Origin: Geobacter sulfurreducens PCA
GTDB taxonomy: Bacteria; Desulfobacterota; Desulfuromonadia; Geobacterales; Geobacteraceae
Direction of reading: 5' to 3'
Assembly: GCF_000007985.2 (NCBI RefSeq)
Contig: NC_002939.5
Coordinates: 2,310,001-2,342,000, forward strand
Length of the DNA: 32,000 bases
The notes under the pieces were generated by a model that was given only the letters and a program-made list of their open reading frames with translations, did no database searches and had not been told where the DNA came from. Position numbers and translations under genes: made by a program. Positions 18,801-25,803 of this stretch are shown here, in pieces (the first letter of the stretch is position 1; each line of letters begins with the position of its first letter).

Positions 18801-19536
18801 ATTCAAAGGCTCGACGGGCCAGCTTGTTCGGGTCGACATCGGCCCGGCCGGCTCCGATTCCCTGGGCATACGAGTCGGCAGTAGGGTAGGTTCTCGGGTC
18901 GAGATCGTGTAGCGCGGCACCGGCCTCATTGATTGCCAGCCCCAGCTGGCGGCGTTTCTTCCACTCCGATCCGTGCAATTCCAAGAACTTCCGTTCGAAA
19001 GCTTCGAGACGACCGTCTCCCTCCAAAGTTATCTCCAGTTCGGCCAGATCGAAGTCTTCCGCATAACCCAACTCCCGGAGCAGCGCGCGATACATGATTT
19101 CTGTGAGACGGTCATTGGTGGCGCGCACACCGCGATCCATGGAAACGTCAAAAATGACCGCATGGAAAGGGATTCGCATGGTAACGAGATCGAGCAGGTC
19201 TACGACGCGGGCATCTCGCAGCCTTTTCTTGAAGAGCTCGGTAGCAGTTGTTGCGCCTACCTTCTGCTGGGCGACAGTGTAGCCAAGGATCTTGGCGAAA
19301 GATGATTTACCTGAACCGAAGAAACCTGAAACCCATACGCCAATCCCCTCTCGAGGTGTAGACGGACCGGCAGCTATCTCGCGGTAAACCTCGGCAAATT
19401 GGTCCTTAATTGAATCCGTCGCGATATACTCTTCGAGCTCATTTTGGACAGTAGCCTCGTTCGCCTGGTCAACTTTGATGACCTCTTCGATGGTACGATC
19501 GATGGGTCTTTCAAAGACATCAGCAATCCTGTTCAT
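15892..19536 (-). CDS. brxC: BREX P-loop ATPase BrxC/PglY
   Basis: 1214 aa. Walker A in VWVSGFFGSGKSSFAKILGY and Walker B-like LIFIIDEVGQY. ATGA start/stop overlap with brxB. Confidence 0.93.
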   Translation of the reverse strand: MNRIADVFERPIDRTIEEVIKVDQANEATVQNELEEYIATDSIKDQFAEVYREIAAGPSTPREGIGVWVSGFFGSGKSSFAKILGYTVAQQKVGATTATELFKKRLRDARVVDLLDLVTMRIPFHAVIFDVSMDRGVRATNDRLTEIMYRALLRELGYAEDFDLAELEITLEGDGRLEAFERKFLELHGSEWKKRRQLGLAINEAGAALHDLDPRTYPTADSYAQGIGAGRADVDPNKLARRAFELCARRHPGKALIFIIDEVGQYVSRSVDKMLDLQAIIQAFGVEGKNRTERQEAVSPFWIVVTSQEKLNEVVTALDSKKIELARLQDRFRITVDLKQSDITEVTSERVLKKKAGAVDLIGKRFDADEPRIKQCCTLERTHRNLEINRSSFVRLYPYLPYQIDLCIDIVAGLRLKRGAHRHVGGSNRTIIKQAQQMMINDRTRLAEQPIGTLVTLDKVYELLEVGNLLPTEVSREVANVAQRLPGNPLAHKVVKAIALLESVKDLPRTPHNIAVVLHPSIEANPLTKDVVAALKELEEAQFIRQSEEGYKLLTVQEKNWETQRNGRDPREADRNRIHRELIREIFSEPKLRTYRYKDLRGFRTSLLVNGEWVESEGEIPLNILLTAREEHQDTLVDAREASVSKTTELFWVATLTDEINSLVTELFRSREMIGEYDRLAAQQRLTVEETGCLADEKSRRDRTQRNLRSKLLACIEGGNAFFSGVSYDAPVLGSSLSESLGTLLERAVPVLYPKLEVGVLRLNGDEPVKFLTSANLNGLPQIFYHDKAERSLVIKQADRFVPNLGCELCRELLDYLKREHAYGNRITGKMLESHFSGLGYAWERESIRLGLAILFRGGAIEVTHQGRKYRNYTEPTSRVPFVNNPAFRSASFSPREALDLKVLANAARMYEEISGRDVDIEEGAIAQAFKQIVVSDREKLLPLAARLGALSLPGAKIVQEQLNWVEGILEMPADDCVKTLAGDGKAYLEGRRQSFALDKAATDENIQAIARARRVLMEQWPVLVLNNDDPELKDAAEKLGETLQSEDALARIDNLRFYSESLSNAYRTLYENLFEKRKAAYTAALDQIKGRPEWLAVAEDPDIAQEQLDLILQPLTLKAEAVLDLPHGATVCQRTGATLAQLESDLAAVEAVGRDVLRRILELAAPEEKIERVAVARLYPGRITSKDELEDFITNLRERLSKVLAQGGTIILE

Positions 19537-20132
19537 TTATCCACTCCGTATATTTTGACCCGATAGTTGTACACGCCGAGATTAGCCTCCGAAGGGAGGT
19601 CAAAAAATTTCAGATCCGTCCCAGCCTCAGCGCTCCCCGGATAAAAAAGAATGACCGGCACTTTTGTCCTGCGATGCAGCCCATCGAGAAGACTAGAGCA
19701 GCGATAGATAAATGGAGCGAAGCCGCCGGCACGGACCAGGAAAACGATATCACGGTCGTGATCGAACCCTTTGATACGTTCCAGTACTTCATCGGCTATA
19801 GGACGGTAGTCTTCGGAACTGAGAAGACGATTTATATGTTCCTCAGCAGCTTGGAATCCCCTGATGGACTCAGTTTTGAAGAGATAGTCCGTACCCTCGA
19901 ACCGGCGCACGATACCCCACACAAGTCGTGAGATTGAGAGGAACGCTACTTTGCGGCCATGATTCTCAGAAAGGGAATAGGCCAGCAAACGGAGACGCTT
20001 GCGCAGCTGGAACTCTTCTTCCGGAGAGTAGCGGAAAATCGCGAAGGGCATATCGCTGTGGGCCGCAATCCGCATTGGCTCAGCGACCAGATCCTGGCGT
20101 AATAGATCAAGATTCTGTTCCAAAGATGACAC
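19533..20132 (-). CDS. brxB: BREX protein BrxB (DUF1788 family)
   Basis: 199 aa, GTG start preceded by AGGA. Size, position between brxA and brxC, and N-terminal pattern (LDLLRQDL...MPFAIFRYSPEEE) are typical of DUF1788/BrxB. Confidence 0.85.
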   Translation of the reverse strand: MSSLEQNLDLLRQDLVAEPMRIAAHSDMPFAIFRYSPEEEFQLRKRLRLLAYSLSENHGRKVAFLSISRLVWGIVRRFEGTDYLFKTESIRGFQAAEEHINRLLSSEDYRPIADEVLERIKGFDHDRDIVFLVRAGGFAPFIYRCSSLLDGLHRRTKVPVILFYPGSAEAGTDLKFFDLPSEANLGVYNYRVKIYGVDK

Positions 20133-20925
20133 GTATGTAGTCCTTGAAGTCGTTTGTCGGAAACTCTATCCGGTGGACACGACCAGCCGCCTGATAGTGC
20201 AACCAGCCATGCTGGTGTGCCTCGAAAAAAAGCCGCTCCACTTCCGGGCCAGCCAACAAGAACAATTTCCAGTCCGAATGTTCCACCAGCTCGCGCGCCC
20301 CGATCCCCATCAGGTTAAGGAGAAAGGCAATCAAACAGAAGGTCTCGATTGGCAGATGGCCGTGCACAAGCCTCTTGTTCACGGCACCTTCGAGAATCGC
20401 AAAGTCGCGGAGTGCGGCCAGGATTCCCCTTGCTACTTTTAGTTGCACCGTGGGAGACCAGACTCTACCGCATGAACGGAGCGTGTTATTGATCCAGGAT
20501 GCTGTTTCTTCCGTTCGTACTGCCCGGTCGGAAGTTTTCGCCTTTTCTACAAGCTCTTCCGTCACATATGCATAGAGGATAGGTTCTGCCCGCGCGGTTA
20601 TCCAGTAATAGAATGGTCGAATTATCTCGATGCTTGGGTGTGCTTCCTCAAGTGCTCTGGCGAGTTTCCACGCATCCTGCGGCGAACCTTTCAGGAATCT
20701 CGGTAAGAATGCACGTCTATAGGTGTCTGCGACTCGCGAACGAGTGGCCTTGTGCAAAATCTCGCCAGCCTGACTTTCCGGTTTAGCAACAGCCTCTGTC
20801 CACTGACAAACCAACTGCCGCATGTCGTCCAGCAATGCTCCTCCTTTTTGGAGGCGAGTTGTAAATATTGCATCATTGGTCAGCATCAAACTTATCCTCA
20901 TATACCGAATCGTTTTTTTTACCAT
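20107..20925 (-). CDS. brxA: BREX protein BrxA (DUF1819 family); start uncertain
   Basis: The ORF is open to 20991, but its first ~13 codons lie inside the palindromic repeat 20953-21125. Candidate starts are ATG 20925, 20901 and 20886 (the last has AGGA 8 nt upstream). First gene of the BREX operon; overlaps brxB by 26 nt. Confidence 0.75.
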   Translation of the reverse strand: MVKKTIRYMRISLMLTNDAIFTTRLQKGGALLDDMRQLVCQWTEAVAKPESQAGEILHKATRSRVADTYRRAFLPRFLKGSPQDAWKLARALEEAHPSIEIIRPFYYWITARAEPILYAYVTEELVEKAKTSDRAVRTEETASWINNTLRSCGRVWSPTVQLKVARGILAALRDFAILEGAVNKRLVHGHLPIETFCLIAFLLNLMGIGARELVEHSDWKLFLLAGPEVERLFFEAHQHGWLHYQAAGRVHRIEFPTNDFKDYIRVIFGTES

Positions 20926-20952
20926 GAATACTTTTACCAGGCCATAAATTTT

Positions 20953-21125
20953 CCTGATTAGCACCAATCTTCCGCAAGCCTCCACAAACATTCCCTCCCC
21001 CTTGACGGGTTAGGGTGGGGGTGACAGTGCCACGATCACAGCCAGTTGCAACTTCACCCACCCCCTGCCCCCTCCCGTCAAGGGAGGGGGAGATTCCTGG
21101 TGGCTGAAGCTTAGTGCTAATCAGG
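20953..21125. repeat. ~173-bp palindromic MITE/REP-like element
   Basis: Perfect 12-bp terminal inverted repeat CCTGATTAGCAC (20953-64) / GTGCTAATCAGG (21114-25). Inner arms are CCCTCCCCCTTGACGGG (20993-21009) vs CCCGTCAAGGGAGGGGG (21074-90), and GGGTGGGGGTGA vs TCACCCACCCCC. The whole unit can fold as one long imperfect hairpin. Confidence 0.7.
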
Positions 21126-21148
21126 TAATTTTTAAACCGCATGTGGGG

Positions 21149-21538
21149 TCATTGAAGGAACTGCTCACGGAATGCATTCTCGATGGCGGCGAAAAATGCA
21201 TCATTAGTGGCGTTCCTGCCACCGTCAAGGACGCTTCCATTGTAGATATTGCCAGTCTCTTCTCCACTTGCCACATGGGTAAACGTTACTGCTGCCGCGA
21301 CTACCATCATCGAATGGGATTCATCCGGGCCCTTAATGTGAAGGTGCTCCCTTGAACCCAAACACGTACTGATTCCAACACCATGCTTCGCTAGTACCGG
21401 CAGAACCAGCCGCACGATGTCAACCTGTTGTCCCATCCTCGGATCTCTGAGCTGCTCCCGTACCCAGCCAAGCTCATTCCTGATCTTGTCCATTGCCTTA
21501 TCAATCTCCTGTTTCCCGCCTTTAGCTGCTTCATTCAT
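21149..21538 (-). CDS. hypothetical protein (129 aa), second gene of a coupled pair upstream of BREX
   Basis: ATG preceded by GGGAGGTG. ATGA overlap with the upstream gene's stop. No recognisable domain. Confidence 0.65.
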   Translation of the reverse strand: MNEAAKGGKQEIDKAMDKIRNELGWVREQLRDPRMGQQVDIVRLVLPVLAKHGVGISTCLGSREHLHIKGPDESHSMMVVAAAVTFTHVASGEETGNIYNGSVLDGGRNATNDAFFAAIENAFREQFLQ

Positions 21539-21900
21539 TTGACACCTCCCGTAATCCCCGCTGCAACCTGAGCACGTTTGATTGACTGCAATCCGACACG
21601 CTTGAACATAGGCAACACTACCACTGCCCCCCTACCATTTAGAATTTGCTGAATCTTGACCCGGAACTCGCCGAGAAAATGCGCAAACTCCGCGTCGGGA
21701 AACGCCCCACTGTCACCCGTATCCCGTTGACGACGACTGACAAATCCGAATAGCGCCAGACGGTGGAATGAAAACTCATCATCCATCAACAGCCGTTGCC
21801 ACTGCCGAGCCACCATTTTCGGCATTGTTGCAGTGGTTACATCCAGGTGCCCTTCGATCCACGCCGTCATTCCCAATTCCCTGTTCCTGCTGATTGCCAT
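21535..21900 (-). CDS. hypothetical protein (121 aa), first gene of a coupled pair upstream of BREX
   Basis: ATG preceded by GGGGAGG at 6 nt. Divergent from the XRE regulator gene. No recognisable domain. Confidence 0.65.
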   Translation of the reverse strand: MAISRNRELGMTAWIEGHLDVTTATMPKMVARQWQRLLMDDEFSFHRLALFGFVSRRQRDTGDSGAFPDAEFAHFLGEFRVKIQQILNGRGAVVVLPMFKRVGLQSIKRAQVAAGITGGVK

Positions 21901-21946
21901 ACATAACCTCCCCAGGCCTTTCTTGAGGCCTCAGCCTGATTCATTT

Positions 21947-22005
21947 AAGTGAATTATACCATTCACTTTTATAAAAGTAAACAACAAAATTCACAGTTAT
22001 GAATT
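21947..22005. promoter_or_regulatory. candidate operator sites in the divergent promoter region
   Basis: AAGTGAAT-N6-ATTCACTT (21947-21968) and AATTCA-N6-TGAATT (21988-22005) share the half-site ATTCAC. They lie in an AT-rich 110-bp gap between the 121-aa gene and the XRE gene. Confidence 0.4.
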
Positions 22006-22046
22006 AAAACTTGAACCTCAGCGTGGTTCTTGCTATACAACAGGGC

Positions 22047-22442
22047 ATGAACGAAACAGCACAGCCGGAAAAACGCAAACGGGGAGAAGTCGTCGACGCT
22101 GCCGTCTTTGTCGAAAGGCTCAAGAGCTTGATGGCTGACAAAGGACTCTCGTCGGCAGAACTCGCCGACCGCGCCGATCTAGCCAGGTCGGCCCTAACTC
22201 AGTTTTTCGGAGGTGAGCGAAAGCCGAGTGCCGACGCCCTCGTAAAGTTGGCGAACGTCTTGGACTCTTCGACCGACTATCTCTTGGGTCGTCGAGACAG
22301 CACTGATGTCGCGGCTCTCCTCCAAAACGACAAGATCATGGAGCTTATAAGCCTCTTCAGCGAGCTTTCAGTAGCCGACCAGGAGCGCGTTCTCGAGATG
22401 ATCCGCCTGATGAAGGGAACCGCCGGGGCATCTCAAGAGTAG
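22047..22442 (+). CDS. XRE-family helix-turn-helix transcriptional regulator
   Basis: LKSLMADKGLSSAELADRADLARSALTQFFGGERKPSADALVKLANVLDSSTDYLLGR is a classic HTH_3/Cro-CI domain. The ORF opens at TTG 22011; the ATG at 22047 is the more likely start. Confidence 0.82.
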   Translation: MNETAQPEKRKRGEVVDAAVFVERLKSLMADKGLSSAELADRADLARSALTQFFGGERKPSADALVKLANVLDSSTDYLLGRRDSTDVAALLQNDKIMELISLFSELSVADQERVLEMIRLMKGTAGASQE

Positions 22443-22487
22443 ACCTGTCAGGAACCGTTACTCGGCGAGCGCTTCTGCTGCGCTTGC

Positions 22488-22871
22488 CTACCGCTCCCTC
22501 GTTTCAATACCCTGGAAGTGTTTCATCTGGTTGCCCGACAATACCCGTGTACTAACAACGCCTCCTTTCTCCAGAAGGTGCTGGAGGTACTTGGGGTACC
22601 CCATTCCTTTGGTGCAGCAGTCGCACTGAACCCTGTCGAAAAATGCCATGGCTTGCGGATCATGGTTGATCGCCGAGTGCACTCCGAAAAGAGCCATCAG
22701 TGCCTCGCGTTCACTGACGTTATCCTGATCCTCCAAGATATCCAGGACATACTCATAGAGGGTTCCCGACCCGTTCTTGAAGCCATTGAAGTACCTCTCG
22801 ATACTCCCGTCCCCAACCTCCATCGCCACTTTTTCCAACAACTGTAATGCCTTGATCACTTCTTTTTTCAT
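22488..22871 (-). CDS. hypothetical protein (127 aa)
   Basis: The internal ATG at 22871 is preceded by AAGGAGAAGG (the ORF is open to 22898). Convergent with the XRE gene. No recognisable domain; contains a CDCC cysteine patch. Confidence 0.55.
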   Translation of the reverse strand: MKKEVIKALQLLEKVAMEVGDGSIERYFNGFKNGSGTLYEYVLDILEDQDNVSEREALMALFGVHSAINHDPQAMAFFDRVQCDCCTKGMGYPKYLQHLLEKGGVVSTRVLSGNQMKHFQGIETRER

Positions 22872-23086
22872 CGCCTTCTCCTTTCGTGTTCCTGCCACCG
22901 GAGCCTCCTCCAGTGCGTCTGCAATGATCTACATCTATGCTATTCCTGCCAGCAACGCAGATCCCATACATGATGTCCTAAGCATCCAATCTTATCCCCT
23001 AGCTCCATTCCGTACTCTCTGCCCCCGGGAAGAAGCTGAAAGGAGCGCCCATCCAGGCTCATCCGCAATGCCCACCGCTTTAGCCG

Positions 23087-23608
23087 TTACCCCGCTCCCG
23101 AGAGCGAGCGCTTCTTCTCCTCGCAGACCTTCTTCAGGTAGACGTGGCTGATCTCCTCGTGGTGGTGCTTCTTGATGTACCGCGCGATTTCCCGCCAGCT
23201 CATCTTCTCTTCCTCACGCAGACGACAGATAAGCTTGAAGTACCGCAGCAGAATCCGCTCCTTTGTGGGACTCGGCTTCTGCACACGTCTGCTTGCCTTG
23301 ATCCGCGCAGCCCGGAGTTTTGCCGCCTTGTCGGCATGCTCCGATGTGACGTTCCGCTGCCGCTCGAACTCTTCGATGGACAGCATTTTATCGAGCGCAA
23401 GCAGCAGCATCGCGTACGAGAATTCTTCCTGTGTCACGGTGCCCCGGTACGCTTCACGGTACTGCCGCATGCAATCTCTTTGCAGCCGATGCGCCTCAAT
23501 GCGTACCGGCTCCGCGAGGCTGGAGTAGTAGCGGATAAGTTTCTTTCTCCGCTTTGCCGTGAGGCCGAGAATGTTTTCGATGTTCCTTGGGTCGTAGTCG
23601 ATTGTCAT
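23087..23608 (-). CDS. hypothetical protein with putative C-terminal HTH (173 aa)
   Basis: ATG preceded by GGGAGGGA at 6 nt. The basic, helical protein has a C-terminal segment KMSWREIARYIKKHHHEEISHVYLKK resembling resolvase/Hin-type HTH. Confidence 0.6.
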   Translation of the reverse strand: MTIDYDPRNIENILGLTAKRRKKLIRYYSSLAEPVRIEAHRLQRDCMRQYREAYRGTVTQEEFSYAMLLLALDKMLSIEEFERQRNVTSEHADKAAKLRAARIKASRRVQKPSPTKERILLRYFKLICRLREEEKMSWREIARYIKKHHHEEISHVYLKKVCEEKKRSLSGAG

Positions 23609-23719
23609 CTGATATCCCTCCCTAAAGTAGTGGTGTTTACCACTACTGTGCAGGCATGCACCCCCCCCTCCCCTCTCGGTTCTCCCTGTCCATTTTGCAT
23701 GTAAACTGAGCTGTTAATT

Positions 23720-23881
23720 GAGGCTGTTAACTCAGTTAACAGCCTCTGGCGGACGCAGTCCGCCCAAGCCCAGGATTTTCCTGGGCTTGTTGCCTTTCGC
23801 CTGTCGGTTTAGTGGGGCGATTTCGGCCACACTAAACCGACAGGCCGACAGGGCTGTCGCGGTTTTCCGCCAGGAAAACCG
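23720..23881. repeat. array of six abutting perfect hairpins (candidate oriT/ssDNA-active site, recombination site or structured RNA)
   Basis: The first five stems are 23720-31/35-46 (12 bp), 23748-54/58-64 (7 bp), 23765-75/79-89 (11 bp), 23799-814/830-845 (16 bp) and 23846-51/54-59 (6 bp). The sixth is 23860-68/73-81 (9 bp). Most are separated by 0-1 nt, and no ORF covers them. Confidence 0.6.
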
Positions 23882-24412
23882 TAAAAAATGACCCAAACCA
23901 CCCCCAAAAGCCCCTCTTTTACCCCCAATTCCCCCCTCCAGTTGTTTCGCAATCGCACATTACTAGACATCTAACCCGTTCAGGGATTCCGCCAACTACG
24001 GTTGGTGGACAAGGTAGCCGGGTCATTACCCCCGCCGGCGAACCAAACGTGAGTGGTAACCGAGATATCGTTCCTCGGGCCACGAAAGGGGGCACGCTTC
24101 AGAACGAAACGGGACCCTGCTGGTATCGTCAGTTTCCGGCCCTTATGGGTGTCGGACCGACAGACAGCAGGATTGAGCCGATGTTTTTTCGCGACCGCCG
24201 CAGGCGGCGGTCGCGACGCGGCTCAGATGGCACGAGCAGCCATTCCCATTCCGGTCCAATCGTCTTTCTGCCCTTTTGTGTGAGGTCAGCAGCCTCGGTT
24301 CCTTCGGATACCGACCGCGACTGAGACGACGAGACAAGCAGGCTCATGGGTTACCGCTTCCCTAAAAAGCGTGGAGTTCAACCAAGGTTCGTCCCTGCCG
24401 GGGGGTAGACAA

Positions 24413-25411
24413 ATGCCGGCATCGATCAAGGAAGGGGCAGTCATGAGAGGTTCACCTACCTATCAGGTACAGCAAATCTTTGACAGATCAGGCATCAACC
24501 AGATCGGTCAGTCAAAACACGACGCGAAGCAATCCATAAGAGCAGAGCTCAACGAGCAGGGTAAACCCTGCGGTTGCCACGAACTCGGGCAAAACATGGG
24601 CATCCATTCCTATGCCACCGCCGACGCCTACCGGGACGTCTGGCGACAGATTCTGGAGTATGCACGCGCAGAGTACGGCGTCCGGGACGTCGAAAAACTT
24701 ACCGACCAACACGTATCCGGCTTTCTTGAACAGAAGGTCTCCGAATCCTTGGCCTACGCCACATTTCAGCAGTATGCGGCGGCAACAGAGAAGCTCGCCG
24801 TAGCGCTCAATGGGTACGCGGAGCGCCACGGAACCGGACAGCACTATGATTTTCATGGCGCGTTGAAAGATGTGCGCGAGACCGCCAGGGAGCTGCTCGT
24901 CCGTTTCGATGGTTCTCGTGCCTATGACCGGCCGACGGACCTCGTGGCGGCAGTGGGTAAGGAAAGTCACAACTTAGCTGCGTGCATCCAGCACGAGTCA
25001 GGGACGCGGGTTCACGAACACTCGCAGATCAAGGCAGAGGCCCTGCGGGGCACTCGCGTCGACCGTTTCACGGGCGAAGAGCGGGGATATTTCGCAATGG
25101 AAGGGAAAGGTGGAAAGGAAGGGCTCAAAGCTGTCTCAGTCGAGACCTACCAGCGTCTGGAGCAGCACATCGCAGTGCACGGCGTGTTCACGATCAATGA
25201 GGGCAGCTATCGGGAGAGCCTGCGCAGAGCGGCTGAGATCTCGGGGCAACGATACGAGGGGAGCCATGGCCTGCGCTGGAATTGGGCACAGGAGCGCTAT
25301 GCAACTCTCCAGAATCATGGGCAGAACGAGCTCCAGGCCATGTGCGAGGTCTCAAGGGAAATGGGGCACGAACGGGCTGACATCACGATGCACTACCTTC
25401 GGGGCAAGTGA
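24413..25411 (+). CDS. tyrosine recombinase (second, non-canonical integrase-family protein); start uncertain
   Basis: A catalytic set can be read: ESGTRVHE (Arg I), EGKGGKEG (beta-hairpin Lys), HGLRWNW (HxxR), MGHERADITMHYL (His and Tyr). The ORF opens at GTG 24371. ATG 24413 and ATG 24443 are alternatives; the latter has AAGGAAGGGG upstream. Confidence 0.75.
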   Translation: MPASIKEGAVMRGSPTYQVQQIFDRSGINQIGQSKHDAKQSIRAELNEQGKPCGCHELGQNMGIHSYATADAYRDVWRQILEYARAEYGVRDVEKLTDQHVSGFLEQKVSESLAYATFQQYAAATEKLAVALNGYAERHGTGQHYDFHGALKDVRETARELLVRFDGSRAYDRPTDLVAAVGKESHNLAACIQHESGTRVHEHSQIKAEALRGTRVDRFTGEERGYFAMEGKGGKEGLKAVSVETYQRLEQHIAVHGVFTINEGSYRESLRRAAEISGQRYEGSHGLRWNWAQERYATLQNHGQNELQAMCEVSREMGHERADITMHYLRGK

Positions 25412-25438
25412 CACAGGTAAGCGGGTAAGTATTTTTGT

Positions 25439-25723
25439 ATGAGCGAGTTGGGGCCACTCTATTTTGATGCCGAGCAGATGATCGGACTCGACGAGTTCGC
25501 AAGGCGTATGAACGCCTGCGCGAACACGGTCAGATACTGGATCAGGACCGGCAAGCTCGTGGAGGGTCGGCACTTCATCCGACAGGGGCGGAAGTACCTG
25601 TTTCCTTGGTCCCCCCAACTACTTGCACTGATTTTTGACGACTGGAGGCCAGTGGTGCCCCCAAAACGGCCGTTGCTCGACAGCCGCCGGCCAAACCGGC
25701 AGCCGCTCAAACTGCGCTGTTGA
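25439..25723 (+). CDS. excisionase / AlpA-like MerR-superfamily HTH protein
   Basis: 94 aa. IGLDEFARRMNACANTVRYWIRTGKLVEGRHFIRQGRKYLFPW matches the excisionase-family DNA-binding domain pattern. Located immediately upstream of the integrase. Confidence 0.75.
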   Translation: MSELGPLYFDAEQMIGLDEFARRMNACANTVRYWIRTGKLVEGRHFIRQGRKYLFPWSPQLLALIFDDWRPVVPPKRPLLDSRRPNRQPLKLRC

Positions 25724-25803
25724 TATCAATTGTGATGTGCGCTACCCTTTTCTGGCAAACGAAAATCAGCCGAAAGGAGGTAGCGCGATGAAAGGATCAT
25801 GAC

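Noticed and set aside
8929-19305. Plus-strand ORFs of 60-250 aa scattered through the BREX operon (e.g. 8929..9495, 10415..10954, 11290..12051, 17800..18321, 18388..18912)
   Set aside because: All lie antisense to long minus-strand genes with clear family motifs. None has a family resemblance or convincing SD sequence.
20873-21142. 89-aa ORF on the minus strand (…PPGISPSLDGRGQGVGEV…)
   Set aside because: It is the translation of the G/C-tract palindromic repeat 20953-21125; such REP-derived pseudo-ORFs are a common artefact. It also overlaps the brxA 5' region.
24189-24216. Rho-independent terminator
   Set aside because: The T6 run precedes the stem on the plus strand, so an A-run follows it on the minus strand. 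Neither orientation has the stem-then-U-tract arrangement.
24049-24347. Short ORFs (64-91 aa, both strands) in the ORF-free region
   Set aside because: They mutually overlap, are Arg/Ser/Pro-rich, lack SD sequences and have no family resemblance. The region is treated as non-coding.
22488-25411. Integron (tyrosine recombinase plus palindromic attC-like sites and short cassettes)
   Set aside because: The recombinase shows no resemblance to IntI, including its characteristic extra domain, as far as I can align by eye. The hairpins are perfect and abutting rather than imperfect attC bulged structures flanking ORFs. The neighbouring ORFs are oriented away from it.
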